A DNA stretch of 33,580 bases, from the NCBI GenBank assembly GCA_044357705.1, contig JBIKPB010000001.1, positions 1 to 33,580 of the forward strand, read 5' to 3'. The number at the start of each line of letters is the position of its first letter. Within the stretch, counting starts at the first letter, position 1. A program made the translations under genes and the position numbers. Origin of the DNA: Formosimonas sp. (GTDB taxonomy: Bacteria; Pseudomonadota; Gammaproteobacteria; Burkholderiales; Burkholderiaceae). This document shows positions 1 through 9,174 of this stretch, piece after piece. Below the pieces are notes generated by a model. It was given only the letters and a program-made list of their open reading frames with translations. It was not told where the DNA came from and searched no databases.

Positions 1-208
1 TCCATATGGCTTAAGTGAGGTCTTTTCATGGCAACTTTCGATTTGGTGATTGAAGTCAACCATGTGATGCCTCACTTGGCCTTTTTCAATCTGCGAAAAT
101 TGCTATTCGTACTTTAATTCACCCTTTTTTATGCTATTATAACCTGCTAAAAAAGTAATAATACTTAGCTCATTCGGGCTAATCTTGTTTATTAGGGATG
201 ATTGGTTT

Positions 209-1570
209 ATGTTAAATGTGGTTATATTGGCAGCCGGCAAAGGTACACGCATGCGCTCCAAATTACCTAAGGTCTTGCATCCGTTAGCCGGACGCTCACT
301 GCTGCAACACGTGTTGGACACGGCGAAATCTCTCGACGCGGCCAAAATGTGTGTGGTCATAGGACACGAAGCCGAACAAATTCGCTCTGCATTGACCAAT
401 CAAAATTTGACATTTGTTCAACAAAATGAACAATTGGGTACAGGACACGCATTACAATTGGCGGCACCGCATTTAGATGATGCCTATCCGACCTTGATTT
501 TGTATGGCGATGTACCTTTAACACAGTTGTCTACACTGCAAAATTTAGTCATGACCGCGCAAAACGGCATGGCTTTATTAACGGTGAATTTGGCTGACCC
601 CAATGGTTACGGACGTATTGTGCGTGACGCGAACGGCTTTGTCTTACGCAATGTGGAACATAAAGACGCATCAGACACAGAGCATTTGATCAATGAAGTC
701 AATACCGGCATTTTAATTGCACCAACCCAAGCCTTAAAGATTTGGTTAAGCCAACTCTCTAACAACAATGCGCAAGGTGAATATTATCTGACCGACGTGA
801 TCGGTATGGCTGTAACAGATGGCATCAAAGTACAAACGGCTCAACCCACTCACGCGTGGGAAACTTTGGGCGTGAACAGCAAGCTCCAATTGGCTGAACT
901 TGAGACCATTTGTCGAGCAACCGCAGCGGATGCTTTGCTGGAGTGTGGCGTGACGTTGGCAGATCCGACACGAATCGATGTACGCGGCTCACTCAGCTGC
1001 GGTATGGATGTGACGATTGATGTGGGTTGTGTTTTTGAAGGCAATGTGACGGTGGGTGACGATGTCAGGATTGGACCTTACTGCGTGATCAAAAATGCGA
1101 GTATTGCCAATGGTAGTCAAATTGCAGCGTTCAGCCATATTGACGGCGCAACGATTGGCCAGTCTGCAAAAATTGGGCCCTTCGCGCGCTTGCGCCCCGA
1201 GGCCAAACTTGCAGCGCATACACACATCGGTAACTTTGTCGAAATCAAAAAATCGACGGTCGGTGTTGGCTCAAAAGTCAATCACCTATCTTACATCGGT
1301 GATGCACAAATTGGTTCCGACGTAAATATCGGAGCCGGCGTGATTACCTGCAACTATGACGGCGTGAATAAATTCACGACCATTATTGAAGATGGTGCAT
1401 TTATCGGCTCTGATACACAATTGGTCGCGCCGGTAACGATCAGTGCAGGTGCAACGATTGGCGCCGGCTCTACAATTACCAAAAATGCGCCGCGCGATAC
1501 TTTGTCTCTGTCACGCGCCAAACAAATTTCCTTGACTGGCTGGCAACGGCCTACCAAGAAAGAAGCATAA
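209..1570 (+). CDS. glmU: Bifunctional UDP-GlcNAc pyrophosphorylase / glucosamine-1-phosphate N-acetyltransferase
   Basis: N-terminal [19 protein letters not shown] motif, GYGRIVR, EYYLTD, hexapeptide-repeat C-terminus with NYDGVNK. ATG at 209 preferred over TTG at 185. Confidence 0.97.
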   Translation: MLNVVILAAGKGTRMRSKLPKVLHPLAGRSLLQHVLDTAKSLDAAKMCVVIGHEAEQIRSALTNQNLTFVQQNEQLGTGHALQLAAPHLDDAYPTLILYGDVPLTQLSTLQNLVMTAQNGMALLTVNLADPNGYGRIVRDANGFVLRNVEHKDASDTEHLINEVNTGILIAPTQALKIWLSQLSNNNAQGEYYLTDVIGMAVTDGIKVQTAQPTHAWETLGVNSKLQLAELETICRATAADALLECGVTLADPTRIDVRGSLSCGMDVTIDVGCVFEGNVTVGDDVRIGPYCVIKNASIANGSQIAAFSHIDGATIGQSAKIGPFARLRPEAKLAAHTHIGNFVEIKKSTVGVGSKVNHLSYIGDAQIGSDVNIGAGVITCNYDGVNKFTTIIEDGAFIGSDTQLVAPVTISAGATIGAGSTITKNAPRDTLSLSRAKQISLTGWQRPTKKEA

Positions 1571-1648
1571 CCAATAAAGCACATCTATGAATGTGTGAGG
1601 TGAGCGGGTGATGCAAATCACCCATCCATTTAAATTGAAGGATAAATC

Positions 1649-2335
1649 ATGAAACACAAAATCTTAATCGTCGATGATCACGGCTTGGTACGTGCGGGCT
1701 TACGCCCCATCCTCCAAGATGCACTGGGTGGCGTGTGCGACATCATTGAAGCAGAATCACTCGAGGCAACTTTGGGCATTATCGCGACCCAAGGCAGCAG
1801 CATTGATTTGGTTTTGCTGGATCTGACCTTACCCGATGCGCAGGGCTTATCAGCACTGGAGCGCGTTCGCAGTCAATTTCCAAACGTGCCCATTGCCGTA
1901 TTGTCTGGGCAAAGTGACACCCATTTGATTCAAACCGCTTATCGGATGAACATTTCGGGTTTTATCATCAAAAATGCCAAAGCTGAAGTGCTCGTTTCAG
2001 CTGTACGCTTGATCTTGTCTGGTGGTGTGTACATTCCACCAGAGTTGCTCTCGGCGGCGATGAGTCCGCCTGAGCGTACGCGCCGTACTCGAGAACGTAA
2101 CACTTCGTCGGATAACTCGCAATTAACACCTCGTCAGCAAGAAGTGCTCTATTTGATCACCAAAGGCGCATCCAACCAAGAAATCAGTGACTCTGTCGGT
2201 GCCACGATTGGCACTGTTAAAAGTCATGTGGTCGGCATTTTACGAGCTTTGGGTGTCCATTCACGCACTCAAGCGATCAGCATGGTGCACGACAATCCTG
2301 AACTGTTGGGACAATACAAACCCAATCAATCGTAA
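1649..2335 (+). CDS. NarL/FixJ-family response regulator (REC + LuxR HTH)
   Basis: ILIVDDH...LLDL.LPD receiver domain; C-terminal LTPRQQEVL...GASNQEIS...TVKSHV..I...LGV..RTQA LuxR HTH; AAGGA RBS upstream. Confidence 0.93.
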   Translation: MKHKILIVDDHGLVRAGLRPILQDALGGVCDIIEAESLEATLGIIATQGSSIDLVLLDLTLPDAQGLSALERVRSQFPNVPIAVLSGQSDTHLIQTAYRMNISGFIIKNAKAEVLVSAVRLILSGGVYIPPELLSAAMSPPERTRRTRERNTSSDNSQLTPRQQEVLYLITKGASNQEISDSVGATIGTVKSHVVGILRALGVHSRTQAISMVHDNPELLGQYKPNQS

Positions 2336-2351
2336 TGTGTGATTAGCAGCC

Positions 2352-4121
2352 GTGGCGCACTCACTGCTCAATTGGTTCCTTAGCGCACAAGACCGCGTGT
2401 TGTATCGACAACACGCGGCTTTGATTGTTAGCTGTTTTCCACTCCTCATCACCTCGAATTTCCTGCTGTACATCGTTTTTACACTGATGTTTACCGCTGC
2501 CATCCCTTGGTTTTGGCACACCGGTTTTGGATTGTTCTTATTGCTGCTGTCCATTGCGGCCGCCCTTCTCGTCGAGCCTATTAATAAAAAAATGCAACGC
2601 TCACCGGAAGTTTGCGTCAGCTGGGTATTGGCGATGGGGCTACCAATCACCATTTGGTGGAGTGTCTATTTCACGGTTTTACTTCAATACACCAACAATG
2701 CAACTTTTTTGCAGCAATTCGCCATGGTGCTGTGCACTTTTGTGTTTATTGCCATTGCAACCGTCGGGCGTTTTTCACGCACGATTATTTTCTTTTTAAC
2801 CGCCACAATCATTTACGTCATTCCACTTTTACTTTATTCGGAATTAGAAGGCAGTAAAATCGTGGCCATAGAGCTCTTGCTTTCAGCATTAGCTGCCCTT
2901 TTCTTTTTGCGCACGTTAAACGAACAAATTGCTCAATTATTTCGCGTGGAGGACAAAAACAACGAACTGCTCGATGCCTTACAACAAAAAAACATCGCAC
3001 TGGAACAAGCCAATGTTTCGCAATCACGCTACTTATCAGCGGCCAGTCATGACTTACGCCAGCCTTTGCACGCTTTAGCATTGCTCACCAATGATGTACA
3101 ACGCAAAAATAGCGTACCGGAAATAGGCAATACACTCAAAAAAATGGAGCTGGCGATTGACTCATTGAGCCAATCGTTTAATGCGATGCTCAATCTGTCT
3201 CGGCTTGACGCGGGCGTGGTTAAGCCGCAGTTCAAACGTTTTCCGATTCAACGCCTGTTACAAAGGCTCGCAATCGAATACGCCGATATCGCAGAAGAAA
3301 AAGGTTTGAGTTTGACGATTCGGCCTTCTAAAGTTTGGACATTATCCGATGAAGACATGCTCTACAGCATCTTGAGTAATTTTCTATCCAATGCACTGCG
3401 CTACACTCAAAAAGGCGGCGTACTCATCGGGACACGTGACTCAGGCAAAGATCATTTTAAAATCGTTGTTTATGACACCGGCTCCGGCGTACCGTCCGAA
3501 AAAGCGCAGCAAATTTTTCAAGAGTATTCACGACTTGAAGAAGCAGAGCAGCGCGTTAAAGGTGGCGTGGGTTTGGGTTTGGCTATTTCAGAACGCATGG
3601 CACGCTTACTGGGCGCAAAACTGTGGGTCAAATCAGCGGTGGGACAAGGCAGTGTGTTTGGACTCATCTTGACACAAACTCAACCCACGGAAGAGCAAAT
3701 CGAGCAAGCAGAACCTTTGCACGATATATTGGCAAATCAGCGTGTGGCGATTTTCGATGACGATGAAATTGCGCTCGAAAGTTTAAGTGACTTGCTCAGC
3801 AGCTGGGGCATGGATGTCTCCATCGTACTGTCATCGGCGATGTATGCTGAATTGATCCAAGAAGAAGGTCCGTTTGACTTCGTGATTTCGGACTATCACT
3901 TGGGTTTAATGAACGAGACCGGCTTAGATATCTTACGCAATGCCCGATACCTCACACCCGAAAATCCTCCCGCATGTTTACTGCTCACGGGCGATACGCG
4001 CACTGACTTGGCGCATGAAGCACAGGCTGCAGGTGTTCACTTGTGGTACAAACCGATTCGCCCCGTACGTCTGCGCGCTTATCTCAATGGATTAGCCCAG
4101 CCAATTCACACACAGCCCTGA
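2352..4121 (+). CDS. Membrane-bound hybrid sensor histidine kinase (multi-TM N-terminus, HisKA, HATPase, C-terminal REC)
   Basis: About 6 hydrophobic segments in the first ~190 aa; H-box AASHDLRQPL, N-box NFLSNALRYT, DTGSG and GVGLGL G-boxes; REC domain with FDDD...ISDYHL...KP. GTG start with a weak RBS. Confidence 0.92.
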   Translation: MAHSLLNWFLSAQDRVLYRQHAALIVSCFPLLITSNFLLYIVFTLMFTAAIPWFWHTGFGLFLLLLSIAAALLVEPINKKMQRSPEVCVSWVLAMGLPITIWWSVYFTVLLQYTNNATFLQQFAMVLCTFVFIAIATVGRFSRTIIFFLTATIIYVIPLLLYSELEGSKIVAIELLLSALAALFFLRTLNEQIAQLFRVEDKNNELLDALQQKNIALEQANVSQSRYLSAASHDLRQPLHALALLTNDVQRKNSVPEIGNTLKKMELAIDSLSQSFNAMLNLSRLDAGVVKPQFKRFPIQRLLQRLAIEYADIAEEKGLSLTIRPSKVWTLSDEDMLYSILSNFLSNALRYTQKGGVLIGTRDSGKDHFKIVVYDTGSGVPSEKAQQIFQEYSRLEEAEQRVKGGVGLGLAISERMARLLGAKLWVKSAVGQGSVFGLILTQTQPTEEQIEQAEPLHDILANQRVAIFDDDEIALESLSDLLSSWGMDVSIVLSSAMYAELIQEEGPFDFVISDYHLGLMNETGLDILRNARYLTPENPPACLLLTGDTRTDLAHEAQAAGVHLWYKPIRPVRLRAYLNGLAQPIHTQP

Positions 4122-4174
4122 GTCCTCCTATATAATACGAGCGTTTCCCAAATTCGCTCAAAAAAGGATTATCC

Positions 4175-6028
4175 ATGTGTGGTATCGTCGCAGCAGTAGG
4201 TTCGCATAACATCATCCCCCTCTTAATTGACGGCTTAAACAAGCTTGAATATCGTGGTTATGACTCAACCGGTATTGGCTATTTAACCGCCGAACACACA
4301 ATCCAATGCGAGCGTTCATTAGAGCGGGTCGCTCAACTCGCAGCACAAATCGATACCAAACAGATCACCGCCCAACTCGGCATCGCCCACACCCGATGGG
4401 CCACACATGGTGCACCGGCTTTGCGCAATGCACATCCAATGACCAGTGACAGTAATGGTGTGAGTCTGTGTTTGGTGCATAACGGCATTATTGAAAACTT
4501 TGAAGAAATTAAAGCAGAATTGACCGCCGCAGGTTATACGTTCACCTCGGACACCGACACCGAAGTCATGACGCATCTGATTCACCAATATTGCGTTGAA
4601 GGCATGGATTTGTACGAAGCCGTATTTCAAGCGACCAAGCGCCTGCGCGGTTTATACGCCATCGCGGTCATGCGCGCGGACGAACCCCATCGAATCATCG
4701 GTGCGCGTCAAGGTGCGCCTTTGCTGATCGGTGTCGGCGAACAAGGCAACTACTTGGCTTCTGATACTTCAGCGTTGTTATCCGAAACCCGCCAAGTGGT
4801 TTACCTCGAAGAAGGTGACGTGGTCGAAATCACCTTGACCGGCCATCGCATCCGCACCGTTCAAGGCGAATTTGTCACACGTGAAATCCACGAGTCGCAT
4901 CTGTCCGCCGATGCGGTGAGCCTCGGACTCTTTTCACACTACATGCAAAAAGAAACGTTTGAGCAACCTGAAGTCGTCGCCAACACACTCGAAATGGTCA
5001 GTGGTGCTCAATCAATCAGCCCCAATCTATTCGGTGCAGGTGCAGACACCATTTTTGCCAACACGCAAAACATCCTCATCCTCGCTTGCGGTACCAGCTA
5101 TCACTCTGCGATGGTTGCCCGTTATTGGATCGAAGAGTTGGCCGGCATTCCGGTCAATGTCGAAATCGCCTCTGAATACCGTTACCGCACCAGCGTCGCA
5201 TTACGCAACACGCTGATCATCACGATTTCTCAATCCGGCGAAACCGCAGACACCATCGCGGCCTTGCAGCACGCCAAAACCAATCACAATGGCTTACACG
5301 CCGCAACCTTAGCCATTTGTAACGTCCCCGAGTCTGCATTGATTCGCCAAAGCCAGTTGCGCTTCCTGACGCGCGCCGGCCCCGAAATTGGTGTTGCATC
5401 GACCAAAGCGTTCACCACCCAACTCTCGTCTTTATTCGTTTTAACGCTGGTTTTGGCGAAAGTGCATGGCCGTTTATCTAACTCTGACGAAAACAGCTAT
5501 TTGCAGCAATTGCGTCACTTGCCCGCAGCGATGCAGCAAGTATTATCACTTGAACCGCAGATTATCAAATGGGCGCAAGCCTTTGTCGACAAGCAACATG
5601 CGTTGTTCTTAGGTCGCGGTATTCACTGGCCGATTGCCATGGAAGGTGCGCTCAAGCTCAAAGAAATCACCTATATTCATGCGGAAAGCTATGCAGCGGG
5701 CGAACTCAAACACGGTCCTCTAGCCTTGGTGGATGAAAACATGCCGGTCATTGCCATCGCGCCGAATGACGCCTTGATCGAAAAGCTCAAATCGAACCTA
5801 CAAGAAGTCCGTGCACGTGCGGGCGAGTTGTATATTTTCGCTGATCAAGACACCTTCATCGAGTCGGCCGAAGGCGTACATGTCATCAATCTACCCGACC
5901 ATGCAGGCTTGCTCTCGCCTATTTTGCACACGCTGCCGCTACAGCTCTTGGCCTATCACACCGCTGTTGCACGCGGTACGGATGTGGACAAACCCCGCAA
6001 CTTAGCCAAATCTGTCACCGTCGAATAA
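4175..6028 (+). CDS. glmS: Glutamine--fructose-6-phosphate aminotransferase
   Basis: MCGIV start, LEYRGYDS, HTRWATHG, SQSGETADT, GVASTKAFT and C-terminal DKPRNLAKSVTVE. Confidence 0.98.
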   Translation: MCGIVAAVGSHNIIPLLIDGLNKLEYRGYDSTGIGYLTAEHTIQCERSLERVAQLAAQIDTKQITAQLGIAHTRWATHGAPALRNAHPMTSDSNGVSLCLVHNGIIENFEEIKAELTAAGYTFTSDTDTEVMTHLIHQYCVEGMDLYEAVFQATKRLRGLYAIAVMRADEPHRIIGARQGAPLLIGVGEQGNYLASDTSALLSETRQVVYLEEGDVVEITLTGHRIRTVQGEFVTREIHESHLSADAVSLGLFSHYMQKETFEQPEVVANTLEMVSGAQSISPNLFGAGADTIFANTQNILILACGTSYHSAMVARYWIEELAGIPVNVEIASEYRYRTSVALRNTLIITISQSGETADTIAALQHAKTNHNGLHAATLAICNVPESALIRQSQLRFLTRAGPEIGVASTKAFTTQLSSLFVLTLVLAKVHGRLSNSDENSYLQQLRHLPAAMQQVLSLEPQIIKWAQAFVDKQHALFLGRGIHWPIAMEGALKLKEITYIHAESYAAGELKHGPLALVDENMPVIAIAPNDALIEKLKSNLQEVRARAGELYIFADQDTFIESAEGVHVINLPDHAGLLSPILHTLPLQLLAYHTAVARGTDVDKPRNLAKSVTVE

Positions 6029-6048
6029 GGATCCGCATCGACCCGAAC

Positions 6049-6085
6049 AACGCCGCTCATTTTTTAATCAGCGGCGTTTGTTTTT
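6049..6085 (+). terminator. Intrinsic terminator after glmS
   Basis: AACGCCGCT / AGCGGCGTT stem followed by TGTTTTT. Confidence 0.75.
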
Positions 6086-6149
6086 CTATACAATTTCTAA
6101 AAACTCACCTAATATAAACGCCTGAATATCATCACCCATCGGAGTCACC

Positions 6150-6812
6150 ATGCAACTCATCATCGGCAATAAAAACTATTCGTCATGGTCACTTCGCTCG
6201 TGGTGGCTGCTCAAATCACTTGGCGTGCCGTTCAACGAAGTCATCATACCGCTCGGGCAACCCGAAACCCGCGCCGCTCTATTGCAATACAGTCCTTCGG
6301 GTAAAGTCCCTGCAATTGTGAATGAAGAAGTCGTGTTATGGGATTCTCTAGCGATTACCGAATACTTCAACGAAAGTTATCTGGGCGTTTGGCCGGTTGA
6401 TCACGTCATGCGTGCTTATGCACGTGCGGTGTCTGCAGAAATGCACAGCGGTTTCACAGCACTTCGGAACGAAATGCCGATGAACATCAATGTGCGCACC
6501 AAAATCGAACCTTCAGCCGCTTGTACTGCTGACATCGCTCGTATTTGCGAGATTTGGCGCGACTGCCGGATCAATTATGGTCATTTGGGTCCATGGTTAT
6601 TTGGCAAATGGAGCGCTGCCGATGCATTTTTTGCGCCCGTAGTCATGCGTTTTAATTCTTATGGTGTTGAACTGGATGAAACTTGCTTCGCCTATTTGCA
6701 TACGGTTTGGTTTGATCCCTATATCCGTGAGTGGGTGACAGCTGCTTCGCAAGAGACTTGGGGTTATCCTTCAACAGATGCGATTGCACAAGCCGCCGCG
6801 CAGGCAATTTAA
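6150..6812 (+). CDS. Glutathione S-transferase family protein
   Basis: MQLIIGNKNYSSWSLR, SPSGKVP, WDSLAI.EY, SAEMHSGF.ALR, ADAFFAPV motifs; GGAG RBS. Confidence 0.92.
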   Translation: MQLIIGNKNYSSWSLRSWWLLKSLGVPFNEVIIPLGQPETRAALLQYSPSGKVPAIVNEEVVLWDSLAITEYFNESYLGVWPVDHVMRAYARAVSAEMHSGFTALRNEMPMNINVRTKIEPSAACTADIARICEIWRDCRINYGHLGPWLFGKWSAADAFFAPVVMRFNSYGVELDETCFAYLHTVWFDPYIREWVTAASQETWGYPSTDAIAQAAAQAI

Positions 6813-6813
6813 A

Positions 6814-7142
6814 ATGTCACTTCCTAAAAGGGGCAGCCGCCGAATTGTTGTTAATGGTGTTGCATACCGTTACATCATTCGCTCAAACCCCACTTATTGC
6901 CAAGGCAATGCTTGGTCTAACCTTACGTTTGCGGTGGAGTTAGAAACAGGTGCTCAAACTGTTTTGTTGGTGGATACAGGATACTATCGCCCAGACAATT
7001 GGCTCAACAAAGAAGGTGGGTCGTCAAACCTGCAAACGTGACTGCTGCTATTATCAAGGCATTGATTGATGGCTGGAAACCCGACGTACCAAGCTCAGCT
7101 CATTTGCTACACTTACCAGACTTACTCGATACGGCCATCTAG
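6814..7142 (+). pseudogene. Small conserved hypothetical protein (~109 aa) split by a -1 frameshift near 7018-7020
   Basis: Frame 1 reads MSLPKRGSRRIVVNGVAYRY...RPDNWLNKEGG and stops at 7041. The -1 frame from 7020 reads VVKPANVTAAIIKALIDGWKPDVPSSAHLLHL...TAG(7140-7142), which resembles the C-terminus I recall for this hypothetical family. Confidence 0.65.
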
Positions 7143-7159
7143 ACCCAAATAAACCACTA

Positions 7160-7188
7160 AAGCCGCTATAATAGCGGCTTCGGTTTTT
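7160..7188 (+). terminator. Hairpin/terminator between the hypothetical gene and ychF, with TATAAT at its centre
   Basis: AAGCCGCTAT-A-ATAGCGGCTT perfect inverted repeat followed by CGGTTTTTT. Confidence 0.55.
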
Positions 7189-7207
7189 TATATTTACGGA
7201 ACTCATC

Positions 7208-8299
7208 ATGACTTTAAAATGCGGCATCGTCGGCCTTCCCAATGTCGGTAAATCAACTCTTTTCAATGCACTGACCAAAGCAGGCATTGCCGCGGAAAAC
7301 TATCCATTTTGCACCATTGAGCCGAATGTCGGTATGGTTGAAGTACCCGATCCGCGCATGCAAGCCTTGGCCGATATCGTCAATCCACAACGCATGCAAT
7401 ATGCCACCGTCGAGTTCGTCGACATCGCAGGTTTGGTTGCTGGTGCTTCCAAAGGTGAGGGTTTAGGCAATCAGTTTCTCGCGAACATCCGTGAAACCGA
7501 CGCCATCGCGCATGTCGTGCGTTGCTTTGATGACGACAATGTGATTCACGTCGCGGGTAAGATCGACCCGATCAATGATATCGAGGTCATCAATACCGAA
7601 CTCGCGCTGGCCGACTTGGCAACAGCTGAAAAAGCCCTGCAACGTCATCAAAAAACGGCACGTTCGGGTGATAAAGATGCGATTAAGTTGGTTGCTGTAT
7701 TGGAAAAAATCATCCCCATTCTAAACGAAGCCAAAGCCATTCGCAGTGCGGGCTTAGATACAGACGAGCTCGCAGCCATCAAACAATACTGCTTCATCAC
7801 CGCCAAACCGACTATGTATGTGGCCAACGTATTGGAAAGCGGATTTGAAAACAACCCGCATTTAGATGCCGTTCGCGCCTACGCCGAAAAAGAAAAATCA
7901 CCGGTGGTCGCAGTATGTGCAGCCATTGAAGCAGAAATCGGCGGTTTGGATGACGACGAAAAAGAAATGTTTCTCGCCGATATGGGCATGACCGAACCGG
8001 GCTTGAGCCGCGTAATTCGCTCAGGCTACAGCTTGCTTGGACTTCAAACCTACTTCACTGCCGGTGTGAAAGAAGTTCGCGCATGGACAATTCATGTTGG
8101 CGACAGCGCACCGCAAGCAGCCGGCGTGATTCATGGTGATTTTGAACGCGGCTTTATTCGCGCCCAAACGATTGCATTTGACGACTTCATCACTTACAAA
8201 GGTGAAACCGGTGCAAAAGAAGCCGGCAAAATGCGTGCAGAAGGCAAAGAATACATCGTGAAAGATGGCGATGTCTTAAACTTCTTATTTAATGTCTAA
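7208..8299 (+). CDS. ychF: Redox-regulated ribosome-binding ATPase YchF
   Basis: [52 protein letters not shown]-terminus ending FLFNV; 363 aa. Confidence 0.98.
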   Translation: MTLKCGIVGLPNVGKSTLFNALTKAGIAAENYPFCTIEPNVGMVEVPDPRMQALADIVNPQRMQYATVEFVDIAGLVAGASKGEGLGNQFLANIRETDAIAHVVRCFDDDNVIHVAGKIDPINDIEVINTELALADLATAEKALQRHQKTARSGDKDAIKLVAVLEKIIPILNEAKAIRSAGLDTDELAAIKQYCFITAKPTMYVANVLESGFENNPHLDAVRAYAEKEKSPVVAVCAAIEAEIGGLDDDEKEMFLADMGMTEPGLSRVIRSGYSLLGLQTYFTAGVKEVRAWTIHVGDSAPQAAGVIHGDFERGFIRAQTIAFDDFITYKGETGAKEAGKMRAEGKEYIVKDGDVLNFLFNV

Positions 8300-8317
8300 T
8301 TGTATTTAAAAGCCGTT

Positions 8318-8346
8318 AAAAAGTCGCTTATATCAAACGACTTTTT
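8318..8346 (+). terminator. Intrinsic terminator after ychF
   Basis: AAAAAGTCG...CGACTTTTT inverted repeat. Confidence 0.7.
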
Positions 8347-8347
8347 A

Positions 8348-9174
8348 GGGCGGCTCTATAAATAGCCCTCATATCCCAGCAATCTTGTAAACTTATGTCA
8401 TTCCCACAAACATGAGCGAATCAACATGCAACTGAGTTTTTTAGACAGCACCGAAAGTCGATTGATAAAAAAGCCCGTAAAAGTTGCGCTGGTCGTCCCG
8501 TCACCCATCGTGTATTGCTTTTAAAGTGCTTATTCTCAAGAAGCGCTACGCCTTATCCGACGATGTGGTCGAATACCAAATCCGCAACCGACTCAGCTTC
8601 ATGCGTTTTCTCGGACTGATCTTGGTCAGTGTGACCTGTACTGATAATAGTAGACAATTGTCCATCAAGAATTCTGAGGATTTAAAAGCTCAAATTGTTT
8701 AAAGAATTGAGCGGGTGAGACATACCCCAAACGCGTATGTCGACGGATTCGGCTGTAAAGGGTTTCACTGTATTCAACGATTTCGTCACGAGCCTGCTTT
8801 CTGGTTTGATCACGTTTATGATGTGTCAATTCATTTTTAATGACTACCCCAGAAACTTTTCATCGGTGCATTGTCATAACAGTTGCATTTACGGCTCATT
8901 GAAGCCACCAGTTCAGCGCTCGATTGGCTTGATGCGGGCGAAGTTCAACATTGGTTTGATGAATCTGACCTACAATTTGAAGCGGGTTGAGACCTTGATT
9001 CGATTGAAGATGTTTGAGTTCAGCAGGATCAGTCCGCCTGTGGTGCGCTGAAGGCTGGATTGACGCGATAAAACACCTTAAATACGGCTGTTTTTGCTTT
9101 TTTAGGCTCGATTTCTGTTCTTTAAGAAATTTGGGCGTGAATTGGCAGTTTTGAAATGATTTATAGAGCTGCCC
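8348..9174 (+). mobile_element. Degenerate IS5-family element with intact terminal inverted repeats
   Basis: IRL GGGCGGCTCTATAAAT (8348-8363) and IRR ATTTATAGAGCTGCCC (9159-9174) match 15/16. Frameshifted transposase pieces: MQLSFLD.. (8426), RKSCAGRP, FKVLILKKRYALSDDVVEYQIRNRLSFMRFLGL, and C-terminal RSIGLMRAKFNIGLMNLTYNLKR. Confidence 0.88.
8632..8910 (-). mobile_element. IS3-family remnant (right end + OrfB C-terminus) nested in the IS5 element
   Basis: Minus strand reads SMSRKCNCYDNAPMKSFWGS /frameshift/ KNELTHHKRDQTRKQARDEIVEYSETLYSRIRRHTRLGYVSPAQF...TGA(8665), then an IS3-type end TGACCTGTACTGATAATAGTAGACA (8632-8656). Confidence 0.87.

Noticed and set aside
190-217. TTATGTTAAAT (207-217), identical to the XerD arm of dif
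   Set aside because: The would-be XerC arm (TATTAGGGATG) does not resemble the consensus, and the match overlaps the glmU start codons.
5990-6100. attTn7 at the 3' end of glmS
   Set aside because: The glmS end is conserved, but no Tn7 end, 5-bp duplication or tns genes follow; the site appears empty.
1617-6140. Identical 10-mer ATCACCCATC before the response regulator (1617-1626) and the GST (6131-6140)
   Set aside because: Only two copies, non-palindromic, and one is part of a local hairpin; compatible with chance.
8484-9051. ORFs 8484-8702 and 8737-9051 as genuine genes
   Set aside because: They are chimeras of IS5 transposase fragments and antisense IS3 sequence.
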